Assembly (NCBI GenBank): GCA_004764695.1
Contig: SMSO01000025.1
Location: 5,124,862 to 5,188,861 of the forward strand
Origin: Schizochytrium sp. TIO01
Taxonomy: Eukaryota; Protista; Bigyra: Labyrinthulomycetes
Reading direction: 5' to 3'
Length of the DNA stretch: 64,000 nucleotides
Shown here piece after piece: positions 48,885-58,764 of this stretch. Each line of letters begins with the position of its first letter. Position 1 is the stretch's first letter. The position numbers and the translations under genes are program-made. Under the pieces are notes generated by a model, which saw only the letters and a program-made list of their open reading frames with translations, had not been told where the DNA came from and searched no databases.

Positions 48885-51800
48885 ATGGCGAGTGCGAAAC
48901 GAAACGATGAATCAATACAGCAGCAGCCAGAGCAGGCGCTTGTGTCGCATGAACAACGTGATATTCAGGAGCTAGCGCCTGCTGGCATTCTATTTAAATG
49001 CAACTCAGCCACCTTAGAAGCGGTTGAGGATCGCATGCTACTTGGCGCCCCGGAGGATAACCTCGATCTTGTGCGACGCGTGAAACCTGGCACAACCGTG
49101 TTTATTCTTGATGTAGAACTAAAGGAGTTGCATACTGGGTTTGAAGCAGCGTCTGAAGGGCGCCGTGAGATTGAGCATCTAGTGCGCAAGCCAAATGCAT
49201 CATCCAGCCGGAACGAGGTAGACACAGCTGGGAGCGATCATTTAAAACCTGGCTCATCGGAGAGGACAGATCATCACCAGGAAACCGAAGAAGAGGAGGA
49301 AGAGGATGGCATACGTTTAACAGCACAAATCCGCATTCGTCGCGTTAGACGTTGTGCTCCGATGTCTTGCAAGCAGTTTCGCCCTATCCTTTCAACCAAA
49401 TTCTCGGAACATGTATTATGGGATGAAAGCAAATGTGCGTTTCTGGACCGTGAAACTGTAGAGACTTTGCGTGCTTGGCGCACCCCCTCTGACAGTGGGC
49501 GTATTCGGCACCGTCCACAGAAAAAGAGGAATTCGGGAGCTAATAGATCCTCACCAAAGCACAATTCGGGTGCACAGAATCACCATGAGCAACGCTTTCA
49601 GCAGGCTGATTTCTCAGAGAAGCAAGGGCCTTCAAAGATCAAGATGCAGCAACAAGGAACTGCAGAAGCGAGTGAAGATTCTATTGAGAAGACACCATCG
49701 TATCGAAGCAACAACTCGCATGATAACAACTGGCGAACAGCTGAAAGGAGTTTTCCACACCGTGACTTTCGCCGTAATATGAATTCTTCTACTCGCGTCC
49801 AGGGCTCAGGATTTAGACCTACGGTTGCTATGACTGCATTGTGTGCTGAGGGAGTTGACTCTGCCGGTTCATCTTCATCTGACGATAGCCCCGAAAGTGA
49901 AACAAGTAGTGTTTCCTCGGTCAACACGAATGAAGACTCTGGATACCATTCGGGAGTGTCATCAGCTACAAATGGGACTGGGCCTTCAGATAACCCGCGC
50001 TCGAAGCAGTTATCTGAAGAAGTGGAGGGTGCCGATCTGAAGCAAGTTGAAAAAAATTCTTCAGACTCTGGGGCAGCAGATAAGGCCGATATCTTGCCTG
50101 TGCCGTCCACAAGTTCTGCGAATCAACGTCTGCGTAAGTCACTCTCAATTGTAGTGGAAGAGGCGGATCAAGCCACGGTTTCTTACTTGAAACCAGTTAA
50201 TGAATGTATTGACAAATTTCTGGAAAATGTTATTAAAGCGATGAATGTACGTCAACGAGCCACCTCAGCTGATCCCGAAAATCATGAGTATGATATGTCA
50301 GGTTATTCGGGCGATGATGCGACACTTATTTGGCGGCGTATCGAAGAAGTTGTACGAAACATTTACGGTAGCGCAGTAGTACAGATATATGGTTCTTTTG
50401 CCACTGGACTCTGGCTCCCTGGTCAAAGTGATCTTGATTTGCTTATCACCCTCCATCATGGCCATGCACTTATGCATGGGTATGGACGAATGCGTGCTGG
50501 ATCGGCATCAGGCCCATTCTTACCGAGAGGATCTTTTGATGGGTCAAGCATTGCCTTAATGCGATCTATGTCGCTCACGACAATGGCATCTCCAAAAGCT
50601 GGAACATCGGCAGCAAAAACGCCAGATGAACATCCTGATGACCAAGTGAACGTGGATGAGTCAAAGCCTGGCATACAAACTAGCTCTGGTTCTCTCAATA
50701 CAGGTGATACCGATATGAGTGAGCAGATTACAGAAGCCCAGGCAGTAGAGGACAATAGCAGTGATGGCAGTGACGTGTCAGAAAGCTCGCTAGGACAATT
50801 TGAACCCTCAACTTCGGCGGCCCCTGTACCTGTGGCTTCTTCTGAAGGCACTTCATGGGCTGCTCTGGCAAGGCGAACAACGTCCACAACTACGCATGAG
50901 TGCGAAACAGATAATGCTGATCCTGCAGCTGCCCCTAACAGCACTGCACAAGGTAGATCTGAGAACGACGAGCGCACTCCTGTAATGCAAACCCTGGTGC
51001 GGCAAGCGCCTCTGTCCAATTCCAAGTTGCAACAACATCACCAATCAACACTGCTTGAACCACGGATATCTCTCCCACCTCAGATGCAGTCCTCTATGCC
51101 AGCGCCAGCGCCAGCCCCAACGCCTGTCTCGGCTCCGACACCTGCACCCATGCCTATTGCAGCTAGCCCAGCAACAGCTACTCATCAGTCAATTGGAACT
51201 CAAAGTGCGCAAACTGGAGGACAGCTCACAGGGCAGTGGCTTGTATCTGGTGTTCCTGCTGCCGCCGCCGCTGCTGCTGCAGTTCCCCCTTCGCCTGCGC
51301 ATGTTGCCACCTCAACTTCAGCGCCAGTCCCGACGCCGCGTGGTCACCCCCCTTTACATCCGAAAACGAAAGCTTCAGAAACACAAACACCATCGCAATC
51401 TCGCGTAAATGCTCAGGTTCAAACTGGAAACACTTCAACTCCCCCGCATATGATGTACCCATTTACACCTGAGCAAATGTACTCATTTATGCCTTCATTT
51501 TTCCCTTTTGCTGACCCGAACGCAGATGTTGGCCTCGATCGAGGTCAGCTTTTAACTTACATGTGCGCAGTACATTCGGCCCTAAAGGCTCAGCCTTGGT
51601 GTAAATCTATCAAGCTTATCAAAAGTTCGTCGATGCCAGTGATCAAGATGAATGCGGTGAATCTTCTGTCCAACGGTACCCCTACAGGTCCGGAGATCCC
51701 TGTAGATATTTCCTTCCGTACAAATGATCATTACGGTCTGCAGGCCAGGGATTTTGTGCTGCAACTTACTGACGACCTCTCTGGCGTTCTGCGGCCCTTA

Positions 51801-54359
51801 GTTCTCATCCTGAAACGTCTCTTGAGGGAATATGATTTGCATGATGTCTACAAAGGAGGGCTTGGCTCGTATACCCTTACAACACTTGTCGTGTTTTTCC
51901 TACTTCGTGTTGGTTTTGTTTTGACGAATGAGATGCCACGCATTGCCCCTGCTTTGCTTTCACCTCAACATATGGCAGCTATTGTCGCCGCACAGCAACA
52001 GCAGCAACCTCACCCAGTGGCAGTTGCCACCGGTGTAACTCCTACATCGTCAGAGGGAGAAATACGTGGTCGTACTAGTAGTGATGCTGCTACTACCCCT
52101 TCAGGTAACAATGAAGAAAGGCAAAATGGAAGCGACGCTTCCGCGCAGCTTCAGCAAGAAGGACAAAGTCACCAAGGTGTTTCCAAGCCGGCACAGATGT
52201 CACCGATGCCAGGAGGACCACCATCTCCAGCGAACACTCCCCCATCGATGGGCTCTCCGCTTCAACAGCCACTTCACCCACGTCCAAGATTTCCCAAGGT
52301 GGACGTTGGAGGTATCCCACCTTTGTACCAGGACGACTCAGATGAGCAGGAAGAGGAAGAAACTGTTGAGCATGTCTCTTCTAGTAAGGCAGAAATTCTT
52401 GAAAAAGCGGCACAAGTAGTGGAGTGCTCAACTCGTGAGAGCCGGAGTTGGTTGAATGACTATGTTCAAAGTGGTTGCAAAGGCAAAGTAAATGTTGGTG
52501 TATTGCTCATGGGCTTTTTGCAAATGTATTCTAGACCTGCTCGAGGCGGTTTAGATCTTGAACAGCTTGAGCTGTCTATTTTAAATAGGGGTTCAGTTCG
52601 AGTTCAACGACGACGACGCGACGCAGATGGTCTAATGCAACAGCCTCAACCTTTGTGCGTTCGAGACCCTGTACGACCGAGTCACTGTTTAGGTTCTGGC
52701 TCGTTTAACATGTATATGGTACAACAGCGTTTTGGCCAGTTGCGGGACTTGCTCATGCATCGTCCTAGCCAACTTTACGATCTTTTAGCGATGGATATTA
52801 ATCCTGATGCGGCACAAAGGTCTCCAAGTTCAGCTCCTCTTCCTGGAATGCCGCCGGGAATGATGGCTCAGCCAGGGTTTGGGCCTATGGCGCCATACCA
52901 AGGTATTTCGGGATTTGTACCCTTCATTCCTGTTGGTTTTTCACCGCAGATGATGTCTTTGCCAATGCAACTCGTAAGTCCTATGGGGTACATGCCCCCA
53001 CCAGGTACTCCTGCAAATTTCTCCGGAACCTTTAATGTAGCTACTGTTTCTGGCCAATTGCCTTCTCCACGCGACACATCTTCCATGTCTACGCATGGGA
53101 ACGGCCAGACACCTCGTTCATCATTGACAAATGACAGACCTACTGTGGATGACCCTCGCTCAAATAAAGATGGTAAAGGAGACCTGAAACCTTTGAACCA
53201 TGCTCGCACTAGCAAAACACGAACAAGTTCCATAGACTCTGCAGACTTCAACAGTACTTCAGCTTCAACCACCATGAACCCTAATGGTAGTAACAATGGT
53301 AATGCGCATACATCTCGAGGAGGCAACAGCAGGCGACCCCGCCGTAAGCCATCAGAAGATTCCAGAAAACGACCAGCTTCTGTGAGCACTGACGGTGAAA
53401 AGTCCCCACAGCAAGGTCCACTACCCCGCGCGAATCCCTCAACATCATTTTCTTCCACTGACACCTATTCGAAGGACAACAACAATTTTTCAGCAAGCTC
53501 TTCTCCAGCTGGATCGCCCCAAATGCACCCTTCTGGGGTATACATGCATCCTATGGCTGAGAGTATACCAACAAATGGTGCTTTACCCCATGGTTATCCA
53601 ATGCAAATGCAGTTTGGCTATCATCCGAGTATGGGTTTCCCTCAAGGTTATACATTTCCCTCTGGGTATCCGCAGCCCTTGCCGAATCCAACCCGATTGA
53701 CGCAAGACCAAGTTTCGTCAACAAAGCAACAACCCCACAAACTCAACTCGCGTCTATCTGGAGATGAACCAAGCAATACCTTAGCCACTTTAGGTCATGA
53801 AAACGCTACTGGGCCCAACAGCAGTAACAGCAACTCCAATAGTAATGGCACCAACGGAAATCACAATCTGAACCATACTCATAATAGTGGCAGCAAGTCA
53901 CGTGGGCAGCAAATGAACCATTCAACACAAACAGTAGCACCTCAGGTGAAAGGTACACAAACTCAATACCCATACATGACACCTTGGATGTGGTCTGGAG
54001 CACCGATGCCTGCAACGTCAGACATGTCTCATACGAATGCCATGGCTGCTCGCATGCCTGAAGAAGGACACACTATTGTTGCACGAAACATTCCTTATGA
54101 AGCGTCTCCAGAAGACTTTGCAGCCCTTGAAGAGAAGTTTCGTTCTTACGGCAAAGTTCTATACTCTACACATTCTGCTGCACGTGGATCCCTATATATT
54201 ACCTACGCAACTGAACGCGAGGCTAGACGCGCAATTTCTAAAATGCAAGGACACCAAATCATGGATCGTGAACTGCGCATTAAGTTCTATCGTGATCTTG
54301 TACAGGACTATCAGTTTGCTTTCCCGCGTCCCTTCTTTCCAGCACCTTACAGTGCATGA
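48885..54359 (+). CDS. DCD domain + Trf4/PAPD5(TENT4)-like non-canonical poly(A) polymerase + RRM (about 1824 aa)
   Basis: DCD-like GILFKCNSATL...RMLLG....DLVRRVKPGTTVFILD...KELH..FEAASEG. NTase YGSFATGLWLPGQSDLDL, PVIK...VDISF, LRPLVLILK..L....L.DVYKGGLGSYTL. PAP-associated LLMGFLQMY, LCVRDP. C-terminal RRM IVARNIPY...FRSYGKV...GSLYITYATEREARRAISKMQGHQIMDRELRIKF. Confidence 0.9.
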   Translation: MASAKRNDESIQQQPEQALVSHEQRDIQELAPAGILFKCNSATLEAVEDRMLLGAPEDNLDLVRRVKPGTTVFILDVELKELHTGFEAASEGRREIEHLVRKPNASSSRNEVDTAGSDHLKPGSSERTDHHQETEEEEEEDGIRLTAQIRIRRVRRCAPMSCKQFRPILSTKFSEHVLWDESKCAFLDRETVETLRAWRTPSDSGRIRHRPQKKRNSGANRSSPKHNSGAQNHHEQRFQQADFSEKQGPSKIKMQQQGTAEASEDSIEKTPSYRSNNSHDNNWRTAERSFPHRDFRRNMNSSTRVQGSGFRPTVAMTALCAEGVDSAGSSSSDDSPESETSSVSSVNTNEDSGYHSGVSSATNGTGPSDNPRSKQLSEEVEGADLKQVEKNSSDSGAADKADILPVPSTSSANQRLRKSLSIVVEEADQATVSYLKPVNECIDKFLENVIKAMNVRQRATSADPENHEYDMSGYSGDDATLIWRRIEEVVRNIYGSAVVQIYGSFATGLWLPGQSDLDLLITLHHGHALMHGYGRMRAGSASGPFLPRGSFDGSSIALMRSMSLTTMASPKAGTSAAKTPDEHPDDQVNVDESKPGIQTSSGSLNTGDTDMSEQITEAQAVEDNSSDGSDVSESSLGQFEPSTSAAPVPVASSEGTSWAALARRTTSTTTHECETDNADPAAAPNSTAQGRSENDERTPVMQTLVRQAPLSNSKLQQHHQSTLLEPRISLPPQMQSSMPAPAPAPTPVSAPTPAPMPIAASPATATHQSIGTQSAQTGGQLTGQWLVSGVPAAAAAAAAVPPSPAHVATSTSAPVPTPRGHPPLHPKTKASETQTPSQSRVNAQVQTGNTSTPPHMMYPFTPEQMYSFMPSFFPFADPNADVGLDRGQLLTYMCAVHSALKAQPWCKSIKLIKSSSMPVIKMNAVNLLSNGTPTGPEIPVDISFRTNDHYGLQARDFVLQLTDDLSGVLRPLVLILKRLLREYDLHDVYKGGLGSYTLTTLVVFFLLRVGFVLTNEMPRIAPALLSPQHMAAIVAAQQQQQPHPVAVATGVTPTSSEGEIRGRTSSDAATTPSGNNEERQNGSDASAQLQQEGQSHQGVSKPAQMSPMPGGPPSPANTPPSMGSPLQQPLHPRPRFPKVDVGGIPPLYQDDSDEQEEEETVEHVSSSKAEILEKAAQVVECSTRESRSWLNDYVQSGCKGKVNVGVLLMGFLQMYSRPARGGLDLEQLELSILNRGSVRVQRRRRDADGLMQQPQPLCVRDPVRPSHCLGSGSFNMYMVQQRFGQLRDLLMHRPSQLYDLLAMDINPDAAQRSPSSAPLPGMPPGMMAQPGFGPMAPYQGISGFVPFIPVGFSPQMMSLPMQLVSPMGYMPPPGTPANFSGTFNVATVSGQLPSPRDTSSMSTHGNGQTPRSSLTNDRPTVDDPRSNKDGKGDLKPLNHARTSKTRTSSIDSADFNSTSASTTMNPNGSNNGNAHTSRGGNSRRPRRKPSEDSRKRPASVSTDGEKSPQQGPLPRANPSTSFSSTDTYSKDNNNFSASSSPAGSPQMHPSGVYMHPMAESIPTNGALPHGYPMQMQFGYHPSMGFPQGYTFPSGYPQPLPNPTRLTQDQVSSTKQQPHKLNSRLSGDEPSNTLATLGHENATGPNSSNSNSNSNGTNGNHNLNHTHNSGSKSRGQQMNHSTQTVAPQVKGTQTQYPYMTPWMWSGAPMPATSDMSHTNAMAARMPEEGHTIVARNIPYEASPEDFAALEEKFRSYGKVLYSTHSAARGSLYITYATEREARRAISKMQGHQIMDRELRIKFYRDLVQDYQFAFPRPFFPAPYSA

Positions 54360-54461
54360 CCAGATGTTTGTGCTGTGAAATGCTGGGTTCCTCATCACGT
54401 TTTCTAATGAAACCCATCCTATTTTTGTATTTGATTTGAGCGCTTCATTGACAATAGTACA

Positions 54462-54503
54462 ATGATGATGATAATGATGATGATGATAATGATAATGATA
54501 ATA
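54462..54503 (+). repeat. (GAT/AAT)n microsatellite between convergent genes
   Basis: Directly visible in the sequence. Confidence 0.8.
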
Positions 54504-54559
54504 AAAACAGTTTTTTAAACACGTATTATTTGGTAAAGATATAAGATAAGATCCTTACT

Positions 54560-55471
54560 TTAATTGCTCTCACTCTTCAGAGTTTTAGTTCGATCCCCTT
54601 CCTCGCGTTTCCTTTTATTGCTGGAGTTACCGGAGTCGCGTTTCCTTTTGTTGTTGGAGTTCCCGGGGTTCCCGGAGCGGCCAGAGTTACCGGAGCGGCC
54701 AGAGTTACCGGAGCTGCCAGAGTTACCAGAGTTACCAGAGCTGCCAGAGTTGCCAGAGTTACCAGAGTTGCCAGAGTTGCCAGAGTTACCAGAGCTGCCA
54801 GAGTTGCTGGAGTTGCTGCGCAATGCTGATTCTTCCTGCGTTAAGATTCTCTTCAATTCTCTGTTCAGTCTTAACAGACGATTTTGCTCAGGTTGATTAT
54901 CATCTAGCGTCTTCAACTCGTCGACTGTTTGTCTGTTTTTTTCGAAAGTTTCCGTGAGAAAATCAATTAGGATGTACTCACCTTTGGGGCCTCCATGTTC
55001 GAATCTATTCAAGAGAGACTTATCAGGACTGTTTTTGCTACCACAGGGGACGTTTATAGATTCCGCAAATTCTTTTAGCCAGACTTCGGGTTTCCAGCTT
55101 GGGGGGTCTTTGGAATCCTTGGGTTTCCACTTTAAGATGTATTCGAAACGCGTTTTAGTGCACAGCTTCTTATCTTGGAGCCTCTGGAGTCTCGAGTTGT
55201 CGTCCATGAACTTCGCAGCCTGCTTTAGAAACTCATCCTTCATTTCGCCTGAGCAATCACATATTTTCTTTATGAGATCCTCTTTGTTATTTTTCGTTGT
55301 ATGGTTGATATTCAGTTCGCTGCAGTTCTTTCGCAAGTCTTCTTTTGAAAGAGACAACAAAACCTTTTTATAAGTGTCAGTACTCTTATCAAAGAGCAAC
55401 TCCTCGATGGCTTCTTTTGGAGCATGCTTAGCAAATGCCTCCGTCCAGTATCCGAGAAACCCTTTGCTCAT
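54560..55471 (-). CDS. SAP/HeH-like protein, paralogue A, with an (SGN)n tail and two KRKR NLS-like motifs
   Basis: LSKEDLRKNCSELNINHTTKNNKEDLIKKI fits a SAP/HeH helix-extension-helix pattern. It aligns along its length with ORF 57244..58176. Confidence 0.7.
   Translation of the reverse strand: MSKGFLGYWTEAFAKHAPKEAIEELLFDKSTDTYKKVLLSLSKEDLRKNCSELNINHTTKNNKEDLIKKICDCSGEMKDEFLKQAAKFMDDNSRLQRLQDKKLCTKTRFEYILKWKPKDSKDPPSWKPEVWLKEFAESINVPCGSKNSPDKSLLNRFEHGGPKGEYILIDFLTETFEKNRQTVDELKTLDDNQPEQNRLLRLNRELKRILTQEESALRSNSSNSGSSGNSGNSGNSGNSGNSGSSGNSGNSGSSGNSGRSGNSGRSGNPGNSNNKRKRDSGNSSNKRKREEGDRTKTLKSESN
54616..54815 (-). repeat. 9-bp coding minisatellite encoding (SGN/SGS/SGR)n
   Basis: Tandem ccagagtta/ccagagttg/ccggagc units on the + strand. 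Confidence 0.9.
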
Positions 55472-56513
55472 TATGGCAGGCACTTAGGTTGATGCAATGG
55501 CTTACGTTTTGTTGTTTGAATTCGGGGTTTGCTGATTGAGTTGCCTCAAAGGATGAGCAAGTATGACAGGCAGACGGGGTATCAAAATTACTTGTAAAAA
55601 TACTCAATCAGGCTTTGATAGAAACCTTTTAATAGCCGGCCTTCAATCCAGTTGCTGTGCTCTCAACCTAGAATCCATTGAGATCCATCTGTCCTGGACC
55701 ACGGTTGATCTATCTACTTTAGACAACGTATTTTCCATTTGCCCGCACTGGATCAGTCAGTCAGTACTGATTCACCTTTCAGGTCAGAACCTTGGAACAT
55801 TATGCTAAATTAATTAATAGTTCCTGTTCCTAGTAGGTCATAGTGGTCTCTAAGAGATGCCGACTCACCTTATCTTTTCAGGAAATATTCAATAAAAGCC
55901 TGCTCGTTGATGCGAGCCGTAATAATACGCTTGCGAGTCAAGGTTGTGTCCTGGTTTATAGTGCGTAGGATAACCCATCCTTTGTTTGACTAGGTAGGTC
56001 TGAGCTGATTCACCATCTTGTAAATTATTAGCAAGAAAAACATAGGTCGCCTTTTGAATGCTATGACTAAATCTGCATGCCATTCTTATTCTTCAAAAGT
56101 CCACCGAGACTTTTTAAAGCCAAAATAGGTATGCCGTGATTAGAATGTTTGCAAATTTTAATTTAAAAAAAGGCTCACTATGTCCAGCAAAAATTCGCTC
56201 ATGAAGATGCAAGATCTCGGCAACTAAAAATTGCTAAGAAGTCAATTGTATTGAATCTGTTGTATGGTGGATGCAGGGGAAAACCTTGTCTTTGCACAAG
56301 CAAAGCACACAGGGCAAAAGAGATAGAAAGTGTACGGTCAAGAAAATCATCTCTTCTTGCCAGGCAAAATTTATGGGGAAAGTTACACAACAAATACTGT
56401 ATGAAACAAGTGGCAGGCAGTAACATGTAAGCGAGTATGTTCAAACTTGCTGGACCAAAAGACACCTTTAGACTAGCACAAGGCAAGTCAAATATCGAAC
56501 TAGTTCTCGTTCC

Positions 56514-56740
56514 ATATGCACCTTATGGTTGATGATATGCCAACCAACGGCACATCACCCCATAGTTATTCTATGCAAATGCACTTTGGCTATGATCCAA
56601 GAATAAGTTTCTCCCAAAGGAAGGCACCTAGACACTTCTCGCTGAGTATTCACTGTCCTTGCAGAATTCAACCCGGTTGCCGCAGGATCGAGGGCCACTA
56701 AAAAATAAAGCAGAGACAAACTCAACGCATGCTCGTTGTA
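56514..56740 (+). pseudogene. Degenerate duplicate of part of the 3' region of the DCD-PAP-RRM gene (source about 53540-53755)
   Basis: MHLMVDDMPTNGTSPHSYSMQMHFGYDPRISFSQ versus source MHPMAESIPTNGALPHGYPMQMQFGYHPSMGFPQ. DNA similarity continues after a frameshift (ccttgcagaattcaacccggttgccgcagga vs ccttgccgaatccaacccgattgacgcaaga; acaaactcaac is shared). Confidence 0.85.
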
Positions 56741-57243
56741 TCGAGCAACATTTTAAACAGCTTCGGTCGGAACATTATTTCCTACACAACAAAGTGTGAG
56801 ACCAGACATGCTGGAATTCAAGATCGCCAAATCGTGGACTTCAAGTTGGGTATTGAGTTCTAGCACGATCTATCTTAGGATTTTCAAGTTTGCTTTCCTG
56901 TGATCTCCCCCCGACATCCTATGGAGCATGAGAGTGCTGTGAATAGAGTTTTCGCGATGACCTCTATATATTTGATTGAAAGACTCCGTACATGTAAAAT
57001 ATTGATGATGAAAATGTGAAATAGATCAAAAAAATGCAATGTAAATTCCATATTCCTGGATGCTCGATATATTGTGCAAGTAAGATTGGGGGTAATAATC
57101 TTGAGCAATATAAGAGAGAAGAATAGTATAGTTTGGTTTACTTACCCACTTTTCGTGCTATATCAACATTTAAGATGATTACCTTACAGGGCTGTTCTCA
57201 TGTCTTGATTCCTTCAGATGACTGAGTTCTTGAAACTTTGTAC

Positions 57244-58149
57244 TTACTCTCTACTAGAAGAGATCTGAACAGTAATTTGTCTGGTCTGCTTGTTACGCGG
57301 ATTCTTGATGATTTTGTCCAATTCTTCGCACACAATTTTCAACCGTTCAACTTCATCATCTCCAGTCTTGAGATTTTTGGATTCTAGTTTCTTTTTCTGT
57401 TCAGCAAGTGTTTCTTTGAGAAAATCGAGGATTATGGAGTCACGATCGCCCCTAATACTCTTTTGCCGAGGTCTCTTGCTTTGTGAATCCGGCGCCGATA
57501 CATTCGGATTGGTGGCACGCTTTTTGCCACTTTTCTCTGAATTCTTTACCTTCGTACCTGGTTGGTCGGGTGAAGATCTGGGCCTATCAGGATTTGGTGA
57601 TGGAGCCTTTTCAGTGTTCGGTGCGTCTGAACGTTTTTTATTCAAAACGCGCGTCGTATAGTGTTCCACGAGATTTTTGGATATCTGATCTTTTGTACCG
57701 CGCTTCGAGACGCCCACTGCTAGGGCGATCTTGTGCAAAACAGACACAGTCCAACCTTTCTTATTTAAAAGTTTTTCCAAAGCTTCTTTGGTGAACCGCT
57801 TGGCTTTAAGCCTATTGAATCTCGACTCGGTGGACTCGGAGGAAATAAACTTCTTTAAAAACTGATCTCTGGGATCCTCATCTCCGTTTTCCTCATTATA
57901 TTGGCGACAACGTTTCTCTAACTCTTCGAGAAGTTTTTCGATAAGAGCGAGTTTGGTATCCTTTGTAAGAATTTTAACTTCCCAAACTGTGCACATAGAA
58001 TGTAGCTTTTCCTTCTCGAAAGATTTTTTCGACAAAGCAGCTTTATAACTCTCTGTATCCTTTATATCAAAGAGAAACTTCTCAATAGCTAGTTTTGGTG
58101 CATGGTTGGCCAAGGCATTTAGGAAAGTATCGCGAGGTGTCTCCGTCAT
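57244..58149 (-). CDS. SAP/HeH-like protein, paralogue B
   Basis: SAP-like WTVSVLHKIALAVGVSKRGTKDQISKNL and EKEKLHSMCTVWEVKILTKDTKLALIEKL. It shares HAPK.AIE..LFD and IL/IIDFL.ET...RL....EL..I blocks with paralogue A. Confidence 0.7.
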   Translation of the reverse strand: MTETPRDTFLNALANHAPKLAIEKFLFDIKDTESYKAALSKKSFEKEKLHSMCTVWEVKILTKDTKLALIEKLLEELEKRCRQYNEENGDEDPRDQFLKKFISSESTESRFNRLKAKRFTKEALEKLLNKKGWTVSVLHKIALAVGVSKRGTKDQISKNLVEHYTTRVLNKKRSDAPNTEKAPSPNPDRPRSSPDQPGTKVKNSEKSGKKRATNPNVSAPDSQSKRPRQKSIRGDRDSIILDFLKETLAEQKKKLESKNLKTGDDEVERLKIVCEELDKIIKNPRNKQTRQITVQISSSRE

Positions 58150-58388
58150 GATATAGGAAGTTCGAAAATGATGCAAAGCAAGAATTCTTGTAGACTTTTA
58201 TTTGGGGTCTGCTGAGCGATCTGCTCTCAAAATATGAGCGAGACTGAGAGATTGTCACCGTAATAAGTTGAGTTAACTTGTATGTATAATATGTTTTGGC
58301 TTGAGGTTCTGCCCAAGTAAAAGGAGTTGTAGCGATAGCTTCTGACAATTGAGATTGATTAAAACGTGACATTTCTGTACAGTACATA

Positions 58389-58764
58389 TATATAATTGCG
58401 TTTACTAGGCTACGAGAAGACCCTGCGTAGGAGAAGAGCTCTAGCATGACTTCAATATCCAATAATTGCGCTCTCAGTTTAGTATCCATTAAGGTCCATA
58501 TCAATTTTAGATCACGGCCAGTTCATCTACTCTGGAAGTTTGCGCTTACAGGACTAATTAGTCAGAGGTACTGATCAAATCGGTTGAAGGAATATAATTG
58601 CGTTTGCTAGGCTATGAGAAAAACCTATTTTGTAGAAGAACTCTAGCTTGACTTTAAAATCAAGCTATTGCGCTCTCAGTTTAGTATCCATTAAGACCCA
58701 TATCAACCCTAGATCACGTCCAGTTCATCTACTCTGGAAATTTGCCCACACCGGATTAATTAGT
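58389..58764 (+). repeat. Imperfect tandem duplication, period about 202 bp (about 58389-58562 and 58591-58764)
   Basis: Shared blocks tataattgcgttt.ctaggcta.gagaa, ttgcgctctcagtttagtatccattaag, tagatcacg.ccagttcatctactctggaa and taattagt. Confidence 0.9.

Noticed and set aside
54616-54815. CRISPR-like appearance of the short repeat array
   Set aside because: The 9-bp units are tandem with no unique spacers, lie inside a CDS, and the context is eukaryotic.
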